Positions 51,612 to 64,000 of a DNA stretch of 64,000 nt are shown piece after piece. The position numbers and the translations under genes are program-made. Numbering within the stretch: position 1 is the first letter of the stretch; each line of letters starts with the position of its first letter. Source of the DNA: Macrostomum hystrix (Eukaryota > Animalia > Platyhelminthes); the NCBI GenBank assembly GCA_950097015.1, contig CATNEN010000033.1, forward strand, positions 186,001 through 250,000, in the 5' to 3' direction. The notes beneath the pieces are model-generated. The model worked only from the letters and a program-made list of their open reading frames with translations, was not told the DNA's origin and ran no database searches.

Positions 51612-54600
51612 TCACACGTATCCGTTCATTGGAGCCCGGAGCATTGGAAATGAAGAAAGCTCTTTGTCCGTCATCTGATGAAGCAGATCCAGCTTCTGCT
51701 GCTGCTGCTGCTGTTGCTGCGCCCGATTGTGGTACCAGCTGACGGTGCGGAATTCAGCATCGGCCAGATCCTCTAGGAAGGCCAGCAGGTCGGAGAACGA
51801 GGCCCGCTGGCGCGGCTTCTGCACCCAGCAGCGGGCCATGAGGCTGGTCATGAAGTCCGGGCTGTCAGCTGGCGGCTCCAGAGTCTTGCCGGACTTGACC
51901 AGCTGAAGCACCTCCTCGTTGCTGCGACTGCTGAATGGCTGCTGGGCCAGGCTGGCAATTTCCCACAGTACAACACCGTAGGACCAGACATCTGTGGCTG
52001 TTGAGAAGATACCGTCGCGCAGAGACTCCGGCGCCATCCAACGAATGGGCAGAGGCGCCTGGCCCTCCTTGACATAGTAGTCCGTGTAGTTCACGTCCCG
52101 GGTCATGCCGAAGTCTGGCGGTGCACATTTCAAGGTAAACGGCGGGAGTAACTATAGGCTAAATGGACATAGTCTGATGCTTCGTCATCTGCTTAGTAAA
52201 AATCTCTGTTTGACCAATCCCCGATAAGTCACCGAGTCTGCCTGTCAGGTAAACGGCGGGAGTAACCAGGATGTAAAAACCTTCGTCATCTGATTTGTGA
52301 AAATCCTAATGCACATTTTAAGGATTCTAAAATCCTAATGCGATTTTAAGTGGAATGCACATTAACAAAAAATGATTACGTACTCGATTCCGGTAAACGA
52401 CGCGAGTAACTATACATGTAAATCGAAGGGCCAGGCACCTCTTCATCTAATTAGAAATGCGAACATTAACGCAAACTTACCTCCAATTTTAACTAGAAAA
52501 TCTTTAGTAACCATGCAATTCCTGGCAGCCAGGTCGCGGTGAATGTACTTCTTAGTCTCCAGGTAGTACATGCCATCGGCGATCTGGGCGCACCAGCTGG
52601 CCAACCTGTGGCTGTCCGGCTTTGGTCGCCTCTCGGAGATGTCGGCATCGTCGCGCATAGTCCGCAGGCAGTTCTTCAGGTCGCCATTCTCCATGAGCTC
52701 CATGAGCACCAGGGTGGGCACATTCTCGGACACGACGCCGATTAGGCGAACAACGTGAGCGCATTGGCGGAACTTTTTCATGTGCGCCGCCTCCTGCAGA
52801 AACTCGTGCCGCTCGCGCATGCTGGCCTTCTCGCTGACATTCTTGACGGCCACCTGAACATCCTCGGCCCGGCCCAGGTAGCGAGCCGCAGGCGTGTTCA
52901 GAGACCGGACCACGCCTCTGCGGCGACGGAGGGGCGATGGATCAGGCATGAGTCAGAGATGGGTCAAGCTCACAAATAGGTAAAACTCACAAAATGGGTC
53001 AAGCTTACAAAATGGGTCAAGCTCACAAAAAAGGTCAAGCTCACAAAATGGGTCAAGCTCACAAAAAAGGTCAAGCTCACAAAATGGGTCAAGCTCACAA
53101 AATGGGTCAAGCTCACAAAATAGGTCAAGATAAAAAAATGGGTCAAGCTCACAAAATGGGTCAAGCTCACAAAATGGGTCAAGCTCACAAAATGGGTCAA
53201 GCTCACAAAATGGGTCAAGCTCACAAAATGGGTCAAGCTCACAAAATGGGTCAAGATAAAAAAACGGTTCAAGCTTACAAAATAGGTCAAACTCACAAAA
53301 TTGGTCGAGTTTGGGTCAAGCATGGGTCTAGTTTGGTTCAAGCATGAGTCGAGTTTGGTTCAAGCATGGGTCTAGTTTGGGTCAAGAATGGGTCGAGTTT
53401 GGGTCAAGCATGAGTCGAGTTTGGATCAAGCATAAGTCGAGTTTGGTTCAAGCATGGTTCTAGTTTGGGTCAAGAATGGGTCTAGTTTGGATCAAGCATA
53501 AGTCGAGTTTGGGTCAAGCAGGAGCCTAGGTTGGATCAAGCATGAGTCGAGTTTGGGTCAAGCATGAGTCGAGTTTGGGTCAAGCATGGGTCTAGTCTGG
53601 ATCAAGCATGAGTCGAGTTTGGGTCAAGCATGAGTACAAACGGATCACTACACCAGAAGGTCGGCATACCTGTAGACGCATCCAAACGATCCGTTGCCAA
53701 GTAGGTCGTCAAAGGAATAAGTGACCTGGTCGCGAGGCACCTCCCATTCGTCCGGCTCGTAGGTGAAGCTCCAATACTCCGGATTGACGGTCTCAATCGT
53801 GGCCGCCTGTTGGCCACGCCGGCAGCGCAGCAGCCAGCAGGTCAGGCAGGCGAGAACGGCTGCAGCTGAGCAGGCGGCAATGAGGAGCGGAGTTAGGCCC
53901 GACACCAGCCAGTAGGGATCAGGCGGACCCAAGACGTCGACAATGGTGACATTAGACCAGTCGCCGTAGCCGCGCAGAGTGACGGCCCGAACTCTGACGT
54001 AATACCGCCCGGCGGCGAGGTCGCGCAGCGCGATGCCGCCTTCGACAGCTTCGCCGGTGGCGTTGGCCTCAAATCTGAGGCCGCCGGTCAGCCACTCTTG
54101 ATAGGAGACGCAGGTGTACGGTCGACGCTTGCCAGCCGCGGCCTCATTTTCAGCGTCGACTTCGTAGTACTTGACGGCGCCGTTCGGCTCAGCCGGCCGA
54201 CGCCAGAGGAGCCGGAGAACTTCTGGCCGACGCGAAGACGCATCGTTGGCGGCTGACAGCGCCAAAGGCGGCGCCGAGCGAAGGCTCCCGGCAGGCACAG
54301 CGTCGGCAGCGCGCTTGGCGGCAGTCCGGACCATCAGCCTGGCCGGGTGGGAGCACAGGCCGGTTGAATTCGGCGAGCCTTGGCAGGCCACGACCTTTCA
54401 GGGCGATGAAGGCAAAGGGGATTTTGACAGGAAAATCGAGGATCGTGGATCCCTTGCACTCAACGAATTGCGGCAAGAAAAATACTAAAGATTTGAGAAA
54501 CAAAGATGGCTACCAGAATCTCTGAGGATCTGGTGGAGATAGCTACCTGAATCCCTGAGGATCTGGGGGAGATAGCTACCTGAATCCCTGAGGATCTGGG

Positions 54601-57600
54601 GGAGATAGCTACCAGAATCCCTGAGGATCTGGGGGAGATAGCTACCAGAATCCCTGAGGATCTGGGGGAGATAGCTACCAGAATCCCTGAGGATCTGGGG
54701 GAGATAGCTACCAGAATCCCTGAGGATCTGGGAGAGATAGCTACCAGAATCCCTGAGGATCTGGGAGAGATAGCTACCAGAATCCCTGAGGATCTGGGGG
54801 AGATCTCAAGAGACCACTGTTACCCAGTTAACGGAGAAACTCACAGTGAAGGAATACAGCACAAAGTACTTGAGCCCAGTGGCCACAAACGAGTCGCCAG
54901 TCACTACAGTGTAGCCATCCGGCTTGTCGCGCTTATCGACGTCAGTTTGGGCCAGCTGGGAAATTCTTGGCGGACATGGCCGGCACTGACCAACATCCTT
55001 AGTAGCCGGGTAGCTGGGCACGCTGCCGTCAACCATAGTCAAAGCTGTCTTATCAAACTGATCTTCAAAGTAGTTCGCATCGTTCATGCCGCTGCTGGGC
55101 GCGTGTCCGGCAGTGGGAATGGCTCCGCTGGGACGCATCGCGCTAAAAATTTATGGGGATCGGGTCTTGGAGATTTGGGCAAGCTGCCAGTTTACTCCGT
55201 ATTAGTCACATTTTATCTTTGTTACTTCATCTAGTCAAAGTCACTCCTTGATAAATCTAGTCTTGGTCACTCCTAGTTGAATCTAGTCTAGGTCACTCCT
55301 AGTTGAATCTAGTCTAGGTCACTCCTAGTTGAATCTAGTCTAGGTCACTCCTAGTTGAATCTAGTCTAGGTCACTCCTAGTTGAATCTAGTCTAGGTCAC
55401 TCCTAGTTGAATCTAGTCTAGGTCACTCCTAGTTGAATCTAGTCTAGGTCACTCCTAGTTGAATCTAGTCTAGGTCACTCCTAGTTGAATCTAGTCTAGG
55501 TCACTCCTAGTTGAATCTAGTCTAGGTCACTCCTAGTTGAATCTAGTCTAGGTCACTCCTAGTTGAATCTAGTCTAGGTCACTCCTAGTTGAATCTAGTC
55601 TAGGTCACTCCTAGTTGAATCTAGTCTAGGTCACTCCTAGTTGAATCTAGTCTAGGTCACTCCTAGTTGAATCTAGTCTAGGTCACTCCTAGTTGAATCC
55701 AGTCTATGAAATGAGATCAACATGCTTATTTGGGCCTATCGCAAGCTGGACAGTAATACAACAAACTGATCTGTTAAGATATGAAAATATAGGAGCTTGT
55801 TATTGAACAGCAACAGAATTTGAGAATGACATTACGAGTAATTAGCAGTTTATTGTTAGCAGTCAAATACTGTGTGACTTACCCATTAAGCTTCATTAAC
55901 CTAGAATTATTCTTAAGGCAAAATAAACTTTCAAATAATTACAGCAGAGAGACCACAGGCATTCAAATACCCACATTTTTCTAGTTTTTCTGTATCACCT
56001 AAAATATTCAACCAATCGCTATGAAAATCCACAACACATGGGCTCAAATTTTCCGCTCTATCAGATGAAAAAACTTCGGTATCGTCAAGATATTCAACGA
56101 TTATCCTCAGGGTGTCCTTGTCCTTGTCGCTGAATATCTTGACGATGCTGACGTCGGACGGCTTTGAAAGTTTGATCCAAATTGTGGACTTTCACGAAAA
56201 TTCAGGTCATTCGTTTTGGAAGCTGTAAAATTACAGTAAACGAAGAAACGATAATATTCTTAATTTGTTCGGCATTCGCACGTCTTACCTACTCTACTAA
56301 TAGTGGCAGTAAGCGGAAAATAATTTTATATTAAATATGTTTTTGGTAACGTCGTCCTATATACTCGTACACTACTGAAAGTGGCAGTATAAGTATTATT
56401 TTCATGTTTCATTATTAGCTATTTATTCATTTGCAATCCGACAGAATCTATCGTGAAGTGCCCCGTGGTATCTAATTAAGCAGGCTTCCGATTAGCAAAA
56501 GCTCTCATTGAATCTGTTTTAGTGGTTTAAAAATGTCCGATTAAAAGCACGTTGATGAAATCAGGAAAATATCTTTTAAAGTAGAACATAACTAGCCAAA
56601 TATCAGTTTGGCTTCCGAAACAGAATGTCAACTAGAACAAAAATCTGTTCTGCCTAGCAACCTGCTTATTCGTTGCGGTTGCTGATTATCTAGTAGCGGG
56701 CCGCAGTCCGTACAGAGCATGCTTTCTACCATCTTGGTCGGAGGAGAGAACCAAGACAAGGTCTTGGCCGAGTGACAATGGGTGTCGTTTGAATTGCACG
56801 GCCTGTGGAAACACGCGGCGGGTCAATGGCTTTTTTGCTTAACTTTTAATAATCGATTCCATGCCATACCGCTGAAAATACTAGAATAAGCAAGAGAAGG
56901 GGAGAACAAGAAGGAAGGGGCAGAGGAAGAGAAGGGGCAGAGGAAGAGAGAAGGGGCAGAGGAAGAGAGAAGGGGCAGAGGAAGAGAGAAGGGGCAGTAG
57001 AAAAGGGGAGAGAAGAGAGAAGGAAAGAGGAGGAGAGAAGGGGCAGAGGAAGAGAGAAGGGGCAGAGGAAGAGAGAAGGGGCAGGAGGAAAGGGGAGAGA
57101 AGAGAGAAGGGGCAGGGGAAGAGAGAAGGGGCAGGAGGAAAGGGGAGAGAAGAGAGAAGGAAAGAGGAGGAGAGAAGGGGCAGAGGAAGAGAGAAGGGGC
57201 AGAGGAAGAGAAGAGAGAAAGGGGAAAGGGGAGAGAAGAGAGAAGGAAAGAGGAAGAGAGAAGGAGCAGTAGGAAAGGGGAGAGAAGAGAGAAGGGGCAG
57301 GGGAAGAGAGAAGGGGCAGAGGATGAGAGAAGGGGCAGGGGAAGAGAGAAGGGGCGGAGGATGAGAGAAGGGGCAGGGGAAGAGAGAAGGGGCAGGAGGA
57401 AAGGGGAGAGAAGAGAGAAGGAAAGAGGAAGAGAGAAGGGGCAGGGGAAGAGAGAAGGGGCAGAGGATGAGAGAAGGGGCAGGGGAAGAGAGAAGGGGCA
57501 GAGGATGAGAGAAGGGGCAGGGGAAGAGAGAAGGGGCAGGAGGAAAGGGGAGAGAAGAGAGAAGGAAAGAGGAAGAGAGAAGGGGCAGGGAAAGAGAGAA

Positions 57601-60600
57601 GGGGCAGAGGAAGAGAGAAGGGGCAGGAGGAAAGGGGAGAGAAGAGAGAAGGAAAGAGGAAGAGAGAAGGGGCAGTAGGAAAGGGGAGGGAAGAGAGAAG
57701 GGGCAGAGGATGAGAGAAGGGGCAGGGGAAGAGAGAAGGGGCAGAGGATGAGAGAAGGGGCAGGGGAAGAGAGAATGGGCAGGGGATGAGAGAAGGGGCA
57801 GGGGAAGAGAGAAGGGGCAGGAGGAAAGGGGAGAGAAGAGAGAAGGAAAGAGGAAGCGAGAAGGGGCAGGAGTAGAGAAGGGGGAAAGGAAAATAGAAGG
57901 GGCGAGGAAGAGAGAACAGGAAGTAGGAGAAAATGGGAGAGGGGAGAGAGAAGAGATAAGGAGGAGATAGAAATGAGAAGGGATTTAAAAATCTCAGTGG
58001 AGAGCAGAGAGTTTAATTAAAACAAAAAAACTGCGCGCGATAGACAAAAAAAATGTTGCTTAAAAGGAATTCATCTTAACTAAGCTGAATTCACAGCTAA
58101 AAGGTGAGGCATACGACGGACTAATGGTTAGAGACTGGCTATTAGGACAGTGCTACTCGGTCGAGACCCTGCTAGACAACTGGAATCGATGGCTTAATAT
58201 AAAAAGTACATCTGGCAGCACGAAATCTCTCATTAAGTTCATTAAAAGTGAAAAATACAGTTAAATCAAGATTACAATCACAAATAAGGAATAATTATTC
58301 AAGGTAATAAAAGAGACCTAAAGGCTAATTATTAGCTCAGATTAAACTTACCGCCATCCGGTGCGATTATGACCTCCGAGTGACTGCAAACCTGACAGTT
58401 AATAAATAATTTACCGATTGAACACACCTTTTTAAAGCAAGTTTATCAATTCTAAATGTACATTAAACTAATGGAAAAACATGAAATTCAATGTCAGGTC
58501 ATACCAACTGGAACTAAATAAAAAATTCAGCATTAGTAGAATTATTAAACTAAATAAAACATCACCGTAAAGCTAGACTAAAGACACTCTAGAAATGCAC
58601 TATAGAACCGTATGCAAAACGATCACTTCAAAGGTGTGCATGCAGCTCTAAATTTCTGCTGAATGTCGTACATTCGCCTCCTGATAAAGTCTGCGTCGCT
58701 GACGCTGTCGCCGACAAACGACTCGCTGCTGAATGGACTGAGGCTCCTGGATACTATCGTAGCGTTTGATGGGCGCAGTCTCAAATTCCTGCGATTATTC
58801 GAGTGCGCAACCGCATTAGAACTTGCCCAATGGGCTCTCCGCTATCGCCTCGCCCCCAGCCCCCGCATCTTCATGGCTCTCCGCCATCGCCTCGCCCCCA
58901 GCCCCCGCATCTTCATGGCTCTCCGCCATCGCCTCGCCTCCAGCCCCCGCATCTTCAGGGCTCTCCGCCATCGCCTCGCCCCCAGCCCCCGCATCTTCAT
59001 GGCTCTCCGCCATCGCCTCGCCTCCAGCCCCCGCATCTTCAGGGCTCTCCGCCATCGCCTCGCCCCCAGCCCCCGCATCTTCATGGCTCTCCGCCATCGC
59101 CTCGCCCCCAGCCCCCGCATCTTCATGGCTCTCCGCCATCGCCTCGCCTCCAGCCCCCGCATCTTCATGGCTCTCCGCCATCGCCTCGCCCCCAGCCCCC
59201 GCATCTTCAGGGCTCTCCGCCATCGCCTCGCCCCCAGCCCCCGCATCTTCATGGCTCTCCGCCATCGCCTCGCCCCCAGCCCCCGCATCTTCATGGCTCT
59301 CCGCCATCGCCTCGCCTCCAGCCCCCGCATCTTCATGGCTCTCCGCCATCGCCTCGCCCCCAGCCCCCGCATCTTCAGGGCTCTCCGCCATCGCCTCGCC
59401 CCCAGCCCCCGCATCTTCAGGGCTCTCCGCCATCGCCTCGCCCCCAGCCCCCGCATCTTCAGGGCTCTCCGCCATCGCCTCGCCCCCAGCCCCCGCATCT
59501 TCAGGGCTCTCCGCCATCGCCTCGCCCCCAGCCCCCGCATCTTCAGGGCTCTCCGCCATCGCCTCGCCCCCAGCCCCCGCATCTTCAGGGCTCTCCGCCA
59601 TCGCCTCGCCCCCAGCCCCCGCATCTTCAGGGCTCTCCGCCATCGCCTCGCCCCCAGCCCCCGCATCTTCAGGGCTCTCCGCCAATATCTCCCCCAGCCC
59701 CGCATCTTCAGGGCTCTCCCCGCCATCGCACCCCCCCGCCCGACCCGCCGATCCTCAGGGGCTCTCCGGCATCGCACCCCAGCCCCCGCATCTTCAGGGC
59801 CATCACCCAAGGTCAGGGCCATCACCCAAGGTTCACTCATGGGTATTGTCTAGTACTTACAGTCTCTTTTATTGTCCTTTGGGCTTTTAGTGGCCATTAA
59901 AAGGCGAGCCTGTTTCACGGCTTGCTAGACAAATTCATTTTGACTTTGAGAAATTTTTGAGCGCGAAACAATTAACTGTCGGTTATTAACATAATAAGCC
60001 TGTAAGAAACTACAGTAAATAATTAAACACCCTTACGTTTTCTGCATGAGCGCAGCCAGCAGAACATTCTCAAAGAGTACATCATCGCTGCGCTGCTTCA
60101 ATTTCAGCTTCTGGTCCGACTGGCACTGGCACTTCGGACAGGCCGCAGACGCAGCCTCAGTCGGCTTCGCTGACGGCGCGGTGGCAGACAGTATCGTCAA
60201 CGAGTCGTCTGTCACCAGTTCGGACACTCCAGGCAGGAAAGCAAGCGGTCTGTGATGATCGCTGCTAGCTGCTGACTGGTCGCAGTAATCAGTGAAGACA
60301 AAGTCGTCCTGTCGCACGGGAATCCCGTGCCCCCACACCAGATAATGCGTCACGTTGCCATTCGGCCGTCTGGGCGGCTTCCATTCCAATTTGATGCTGT
60401 CAAAGCTGAGCGCGCGACCTTCGAGCTTGTCTGGCGGATCAGGCTGATGAGGCAGTGTGACAGCCAGGGCCAGGCGGCTCAGAGCCATGGCTTGCAGCTG
60501 CCCAATCATGTGCGGCACAACAAATACGGCATATTGAGAGGCCGGTTCTAGCCCGCTGATTAAGAATGAACACTGGATATTGCGATCAATCTTGGCGGCT

Positions 60601-63600
60601 TGCGAAGAGCCGCAATGGCTGCCATGACTACAGTTGCCGATGCATCTTCGCGCATCACTGTTTGGGTCTGTTGTTTTGGTAGGCCCTACGTAGCAATAGT
60701 AGGGACCCAATAGACTGCCATTGGATGAGAATAAATTGTTGCACTCAGTGAACTCTGTCTGCCACTGCTTAATCTCGCAGGTGGACGGATCGGCGTAGGT
60801 AACGGGCGGCGAACCGGGCGGCACCAGTCTGTAGTACACGTGGTAGCCAAGCAGGTACCTGACAGAGGGTTTTAGGGCATCATTTGAGACTGACAGTTCA
60901 GCTGATCTCCGCTGCTACCTCCTCCCTGATCCTCCGATTCTTCAGCTGGTCTCCACTGCTACCTCCTCCCTGATCCTCCGATTCTTCAGCTGGTCTCCGC
61001 TGCTACCTCCTCCCTGATCCTCCGATTCTTCAGCTGGTCTCCGCTGCTACCTCCTCCCTGATCCTCCGATTCTTCAGCTGGTCTCCGCTGCTACCTCCTC
61101 GCTGATCCTCCGATTCTTCAGCTGGTCTCCGCTGCTACCTCCTCCTCCCTGATCCTCCGATTCTTCAGCTGGTCTCCGCTGCTACCTCCTCCCTGATCCT
61201 CCGATTCTTCAGCTGGTCTCCGCTGCTAACTCCTCCCTGATCCTCCGATTCTTCAGCTGGTCTCCGCTGCTACCTCCTCCTCCCTGATCCTCCGATTCTT
61301 CAGCTGGTCTCCACTGCTACCTCCTCCCTGATCCTCCGATTCTTCAGCTGGTCTCCGCTGCTACCTCCTCCCTGATCCTCCGATTCTTCAGCTGGTCTCC
61401 GCTGCTACCTCCTCCCTGATCCTCCGATTCTTCAGCTGGTCTCCGCTGCTACCTCCTCGCTGATCCTCCGATTCTTCAGCTGGTCTCCGCTGCTACCTCC
61501 TCCTCCCTGATCCTCCGATTCTTCAGCTGGTCTCCGCTGCTACCTCCTCCTCCCTGATCCTCCGATTCTTCAGCTGATCTCCGCTGCTACCTCCTCCTCC
61601 CTGATCCTCCGATTCTTCAGCTGGTCTCCGCTGCTACCTGCTCCCTGATCCTCCGATTCTTCAGCTGGTCTCCGCTGCTACCTCCTCCTCCCTGATCCTC
61701 CGATTCTTCAGCTGGTCTCCGCTGCTACCTCCTCCTCCCTGATCCTCCGATTCTTCAGCTGGTCTCCGCTGCTACCTCCTCCCTGATCCTCCGATTCTTC
61801 AGCTGGTCTCCGCTGCTACCTCCTCCTCCCTGATCCTCCGATTCTTCAGCTGGTCTCCGCTGCTACCTCCTCGCTGATCCTCCGATTCTTCAGCTGGTCT
61901 CCGCTGCTACCTCCTCCCTGATCAACCGATTCTTCTGCTGATCTCCGCTGCTACCTCCTCCTCCCTGATCCTCCCATTCTTCAGCTGGTCTCCGCTGCTA
62001 ACTCCTCCCTGATCCTCCCATTCTTCAGCTGGTCTCCGCTGCTAACTCCTCCCTGATCCTCCCATTCTTCAGCTGGTCTCCGCTGCTAACTCCTCCCTGA
62101 TCCTCCCATTCTTCAGCTGGTCTCCGCTCCTAACCCATCCCAGACATAAAGGTGGGAGAGAGTGGGATAGCAGACCTGAAGTCACGCAGCACAATTCGTG
62201 GCCATTGTAGCAGCACAGCGCTGGAGTTGCTGAGCACAACAGTCAGATTGAAGGTGCTGTCAATGCACAAAGCCAAATTTCCATTGCTGTTGGACAGATT
62301 GTCCGCATTGTGATAGCCAAGATCGGCTTGTCCAACGCCGTGTGTTACATTTAGCACACTCTCCACGAAGTTGACTATAGTTCGCGGACAGAGGCGCTGA
62401 TTTCTGTGAAATAATATCCGACCCCGCGAGATTAGCAGGCGCCGACCGTTGGTGGCGTTCCACAGTTGCTGCAGGAAGTCGGTGAGCTGGACATAAAGGC
62501 TAATGTTGTCCGTCACGTTTTTCCGCCTGTGGATAGTTGATTTTAAATGGAAAATAATTCAACTAGAAAACTGGGCCGATCATTAAACTGGTGATAGCAA
62601 CACGTGAACATGTAATGATTACACACGTGAACAGGTGATAACAACACGTGAACAGGTGATATTTAAACACGTAAACAGGTGATAATAAAACACATGAAAT
62701 AGTGATAATTAAACACGTCAAAATGTCATAATTAGACACGAAAACAGGTGATAATTAAACACGTGAAAAGGTGATAATTAAACACGTGAAAATGTGATAA
62801 TAAGACACGTAAACAGGTGATAATTAAACACGTGAATTGGGGAAAATGAAACACGTGAACAGGTGATAAATATAAATTCAATGAACGTGTGAACATTTAG
62901 CAGGTTAACAAGTGAACAGGTGATCGTTATTAAGGTACCTCAAGCTGGAGGTATCCGGGTTCCCATCGTTAAGATGCTGTCCGCCGATAACGCGCAGGCC
63001 GGATAGAAAGCTGAGCGATGTCAGATCGCGCGATTGCGTCACATTCAGGTAGCGCCTGATCTCGGTTAGATTGGAGAACGCCTCGTGCAGACGAGCATCA
63101 AGATCGTCTGAGAGGGAAGGGTAGGGAAATCAATTATTATTCTTCAGCATTTCAGGCGGGTACCTCCGTTACTTCAGGAATCAATCGCTATTCTTAATCG
63201 TTACACACGTATCTCAAGTACCTCCGTTACTTCAGGAATCAATCGCTATTCTTAATCGTTACACACGTATCTCAAGTACCTCCGTTACTTCAGGAATCAA
63301 TCGCTATTCTTCATCATTACACACGTATCTCAGGTACCTCCGTTACTTCAGGAATCAATCGCTATTCTTAATCGTTACACACGTATCTCAAGTACCTCCG
63401 TTACTTCAGGAATCAATCGCTATTCTTTATCGTTACACATGTATCTCTGTAACTCCGCTACTTCAGGAATCAATCGCTATTCTTAATCGTTACACACGTA
63501 TCTCAAGTACCTCCGTTACTTCAGGAATCAATCGTTATTCTTCATCGTTACACACGTATCTCAGGTAACTCCGTTACTTCAGAAATCAATCGATTAGAAT

Positions 63601-64000
63601 CAGACACTCACGAATATCATCCGACAGCGAGATTGTCAGCGCTTCCAAACTGTAGCAGCCGCGCACCTCGTCCAGATCCTTAGCCGACCGAATAGTCGGC
63701 GAGCGCGGACAGTGCTTGCGGCACAGCTGGCTGGCCGTACAGTTTCGGCACACCGTACCGTTCTCCGACTCGAAGCCGGCGGGACAGTCGGACACGCAGG
63801 ACCGGCCGAGAATCAATCTGCCTAGCGCTTTGCACTCTGGCTCGGGAATGCACAGCCAGTTATCAAGCCCCAGGTAGGAAGCTGGGCAAGCATTTACGCA
63901 CTGGTCGTTTAGGCGGAAACGACGGCAGGCAACGCAGTTCCGGTCGGTTGGACCGTCGCAGCCGGCCAGACAGTTGGCATGGCAACAAGCGGTTGATGCG
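51612..64000 (-). CDS. InR: Insulin/IGF-receptor-like receptor tyrosine kinase, multi-exon, 5' part beyond the right edge
   Basis: Exons: >64000-63612 (furin-like Cys-rich: CCHANCLAGC..PTDRNCVACRRF), 63107-62939 and 62526-62176 (L2), 60858-60037 (FN3-1/2, alpha-CT-like FENVL), ~58785-58670 (insert, donor unresolved), 55142-54845, 54394-53670 (FN3-3, TM helix, NPEY, LGNGSFGCVY), 52917-52481 (VAVK, HRDLAARNC), 52114-51612 (DFGMTRDVNYTDYY, LPIRWMAPESL). Confidence 0.95.
52950..53635. repeat. Two adjacent related minisatellites (18 bp then 24 bp) filling an InR kinase intron
   Basis: AAAATGGGTCAAGCTCAC then TTTGGGTCAAGCATGAGTCGAG.. share GGGTCAAGC. Confidence 0.92.
54510..54805. repeat. 33-bp minisatellite (InR intron), same family as 46195-46345
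   Basis: Unit GGGGGAGATAGCTACCAGAATCCCTGAGGATCT, ~9 copies. Confidence 0.95.
55255..55705. repeat. Highly homogeneous 26-bp minisatellite (~17 copies)
   Basis: Unit CTAGTCTAGGTCACTCCTAGTTGAAT. Confidence 0.97.
56012..56225. mobile_element. Short dispersed repeat with a central hairpin, homologous to 36292-36920
   Basis: Arms 56081-56100 and 56127-56146 are 19/20 complementary; flanks match the 36-kb copy. Confidence 0.6.
56900..57970. repeat. Polypurine (A/G) tandem repeat
   Basis: GAAGAGAGAAGGGGCAG(A/G)G variants, almost no pyrimidines. Confidence 0.93.
58835..59800. repeat. 42-bp GC-rich minisatellite (~23 copies; InR intron)
   Basis: Unit GGCTCTCCGCCATCGCCTCGCCCCCAGCCCCCGCATCTTCA(T/G). 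Confidence 0.96.
60895..62130. repeat. 44/47-bp minisatellite filling an InR intron
   Basis: Unit CTCCGCTGCTACCTCCTC(CTC)CCTGATCCTCCGATTCTTCAGCTGGT. Confidence 0.96.
62600..62930. repeat. Degenerate ~23-bp repeat (InR intron)
   Basis: Core ACACGTGAACAGGTGATAATTAA. Confidence 0.75.
63160..63595. repeat. 58-bp tandem repeat (~7.5 copies; InR intron)
   Basis: Unit GTACCTCCGTTACTTCAGGAATCAATCGCTATTCTTAATCGTTACACACGTATCTCAA. Confidence 0.95.

Noticed and set aside
52130-52420. Three degenerate GGTAAACGGCGGGAGTAAC motifs in the last InR intron
   Set aside because: Most simply an old local tandem duplication; no evidence of function
58115-58190. Second degenerate tRNA/SINE head (GGACTAATGGTTAG...GGTCGAGACC)
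   Set aside because: Only weak A/B-box resemblance, with no body or tail matching the 43.3-kb SINE
58663-59900. ORFs open in five frames (ALRHRLAPSPRIF etc.), extensin-like
   Set aside because: 42-bp GC-rich intronic array with few stop codons; lies within an InR intron
47590-63595. CRISPR-like arrays (26-, 28-, 33-, 58-bp periodicities)
   Set aside because: Units are contiguous with no unique spacers, there are no cas genes, and the context is eukaryotic

Overview
Eukaryotic (metazoan) genomic DNA with intron-containing genes, most long introns filled by minisatellite arrays. The GC-rich exons, minisatellite-filled introns and a spliced-leader-like motif at 36754-36798 suggest a macrostomid flatworm (Macrostomum); this is an inference from recalled sequence, not a database hit. 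Gene models were built by hand from GT/AG sites and reading-frame phase. Left to right: GRAMD1/Aster-like gene (-, runs off the left edge); non-autonomous element with 96-bp terminal inverted repeats; orphan 544-aa coiled-coil ORF (+); single-domain rhodanese (-); LRRC74-like LRR gene (-); 5'-truncated Ty3/Gypsy element (pol plus one LTR) embedded in a GA-rich satellite; TP53I11/PIG11-like gene (+); spliced-leader-like sequence inside a dispersed repeat; EIF1AD (-); CCDC186 (-) with a tRNA-derived SINE in an intron; 2.7-kb 28-bp satellite; insulin/IGF-receptor-like tyrosine kinase (-, runs off the right edge). Most long ORFs in the supplied track are translations of tandem repeats and are rejected. 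No prokaryotic-type systems (CRISPR etc.) are present. The best leads are the spliced-leader-like sequence, the satellite-embedded Gypsy junction, intron-filling minisatellites shared between different genes, and the orphan ORF.
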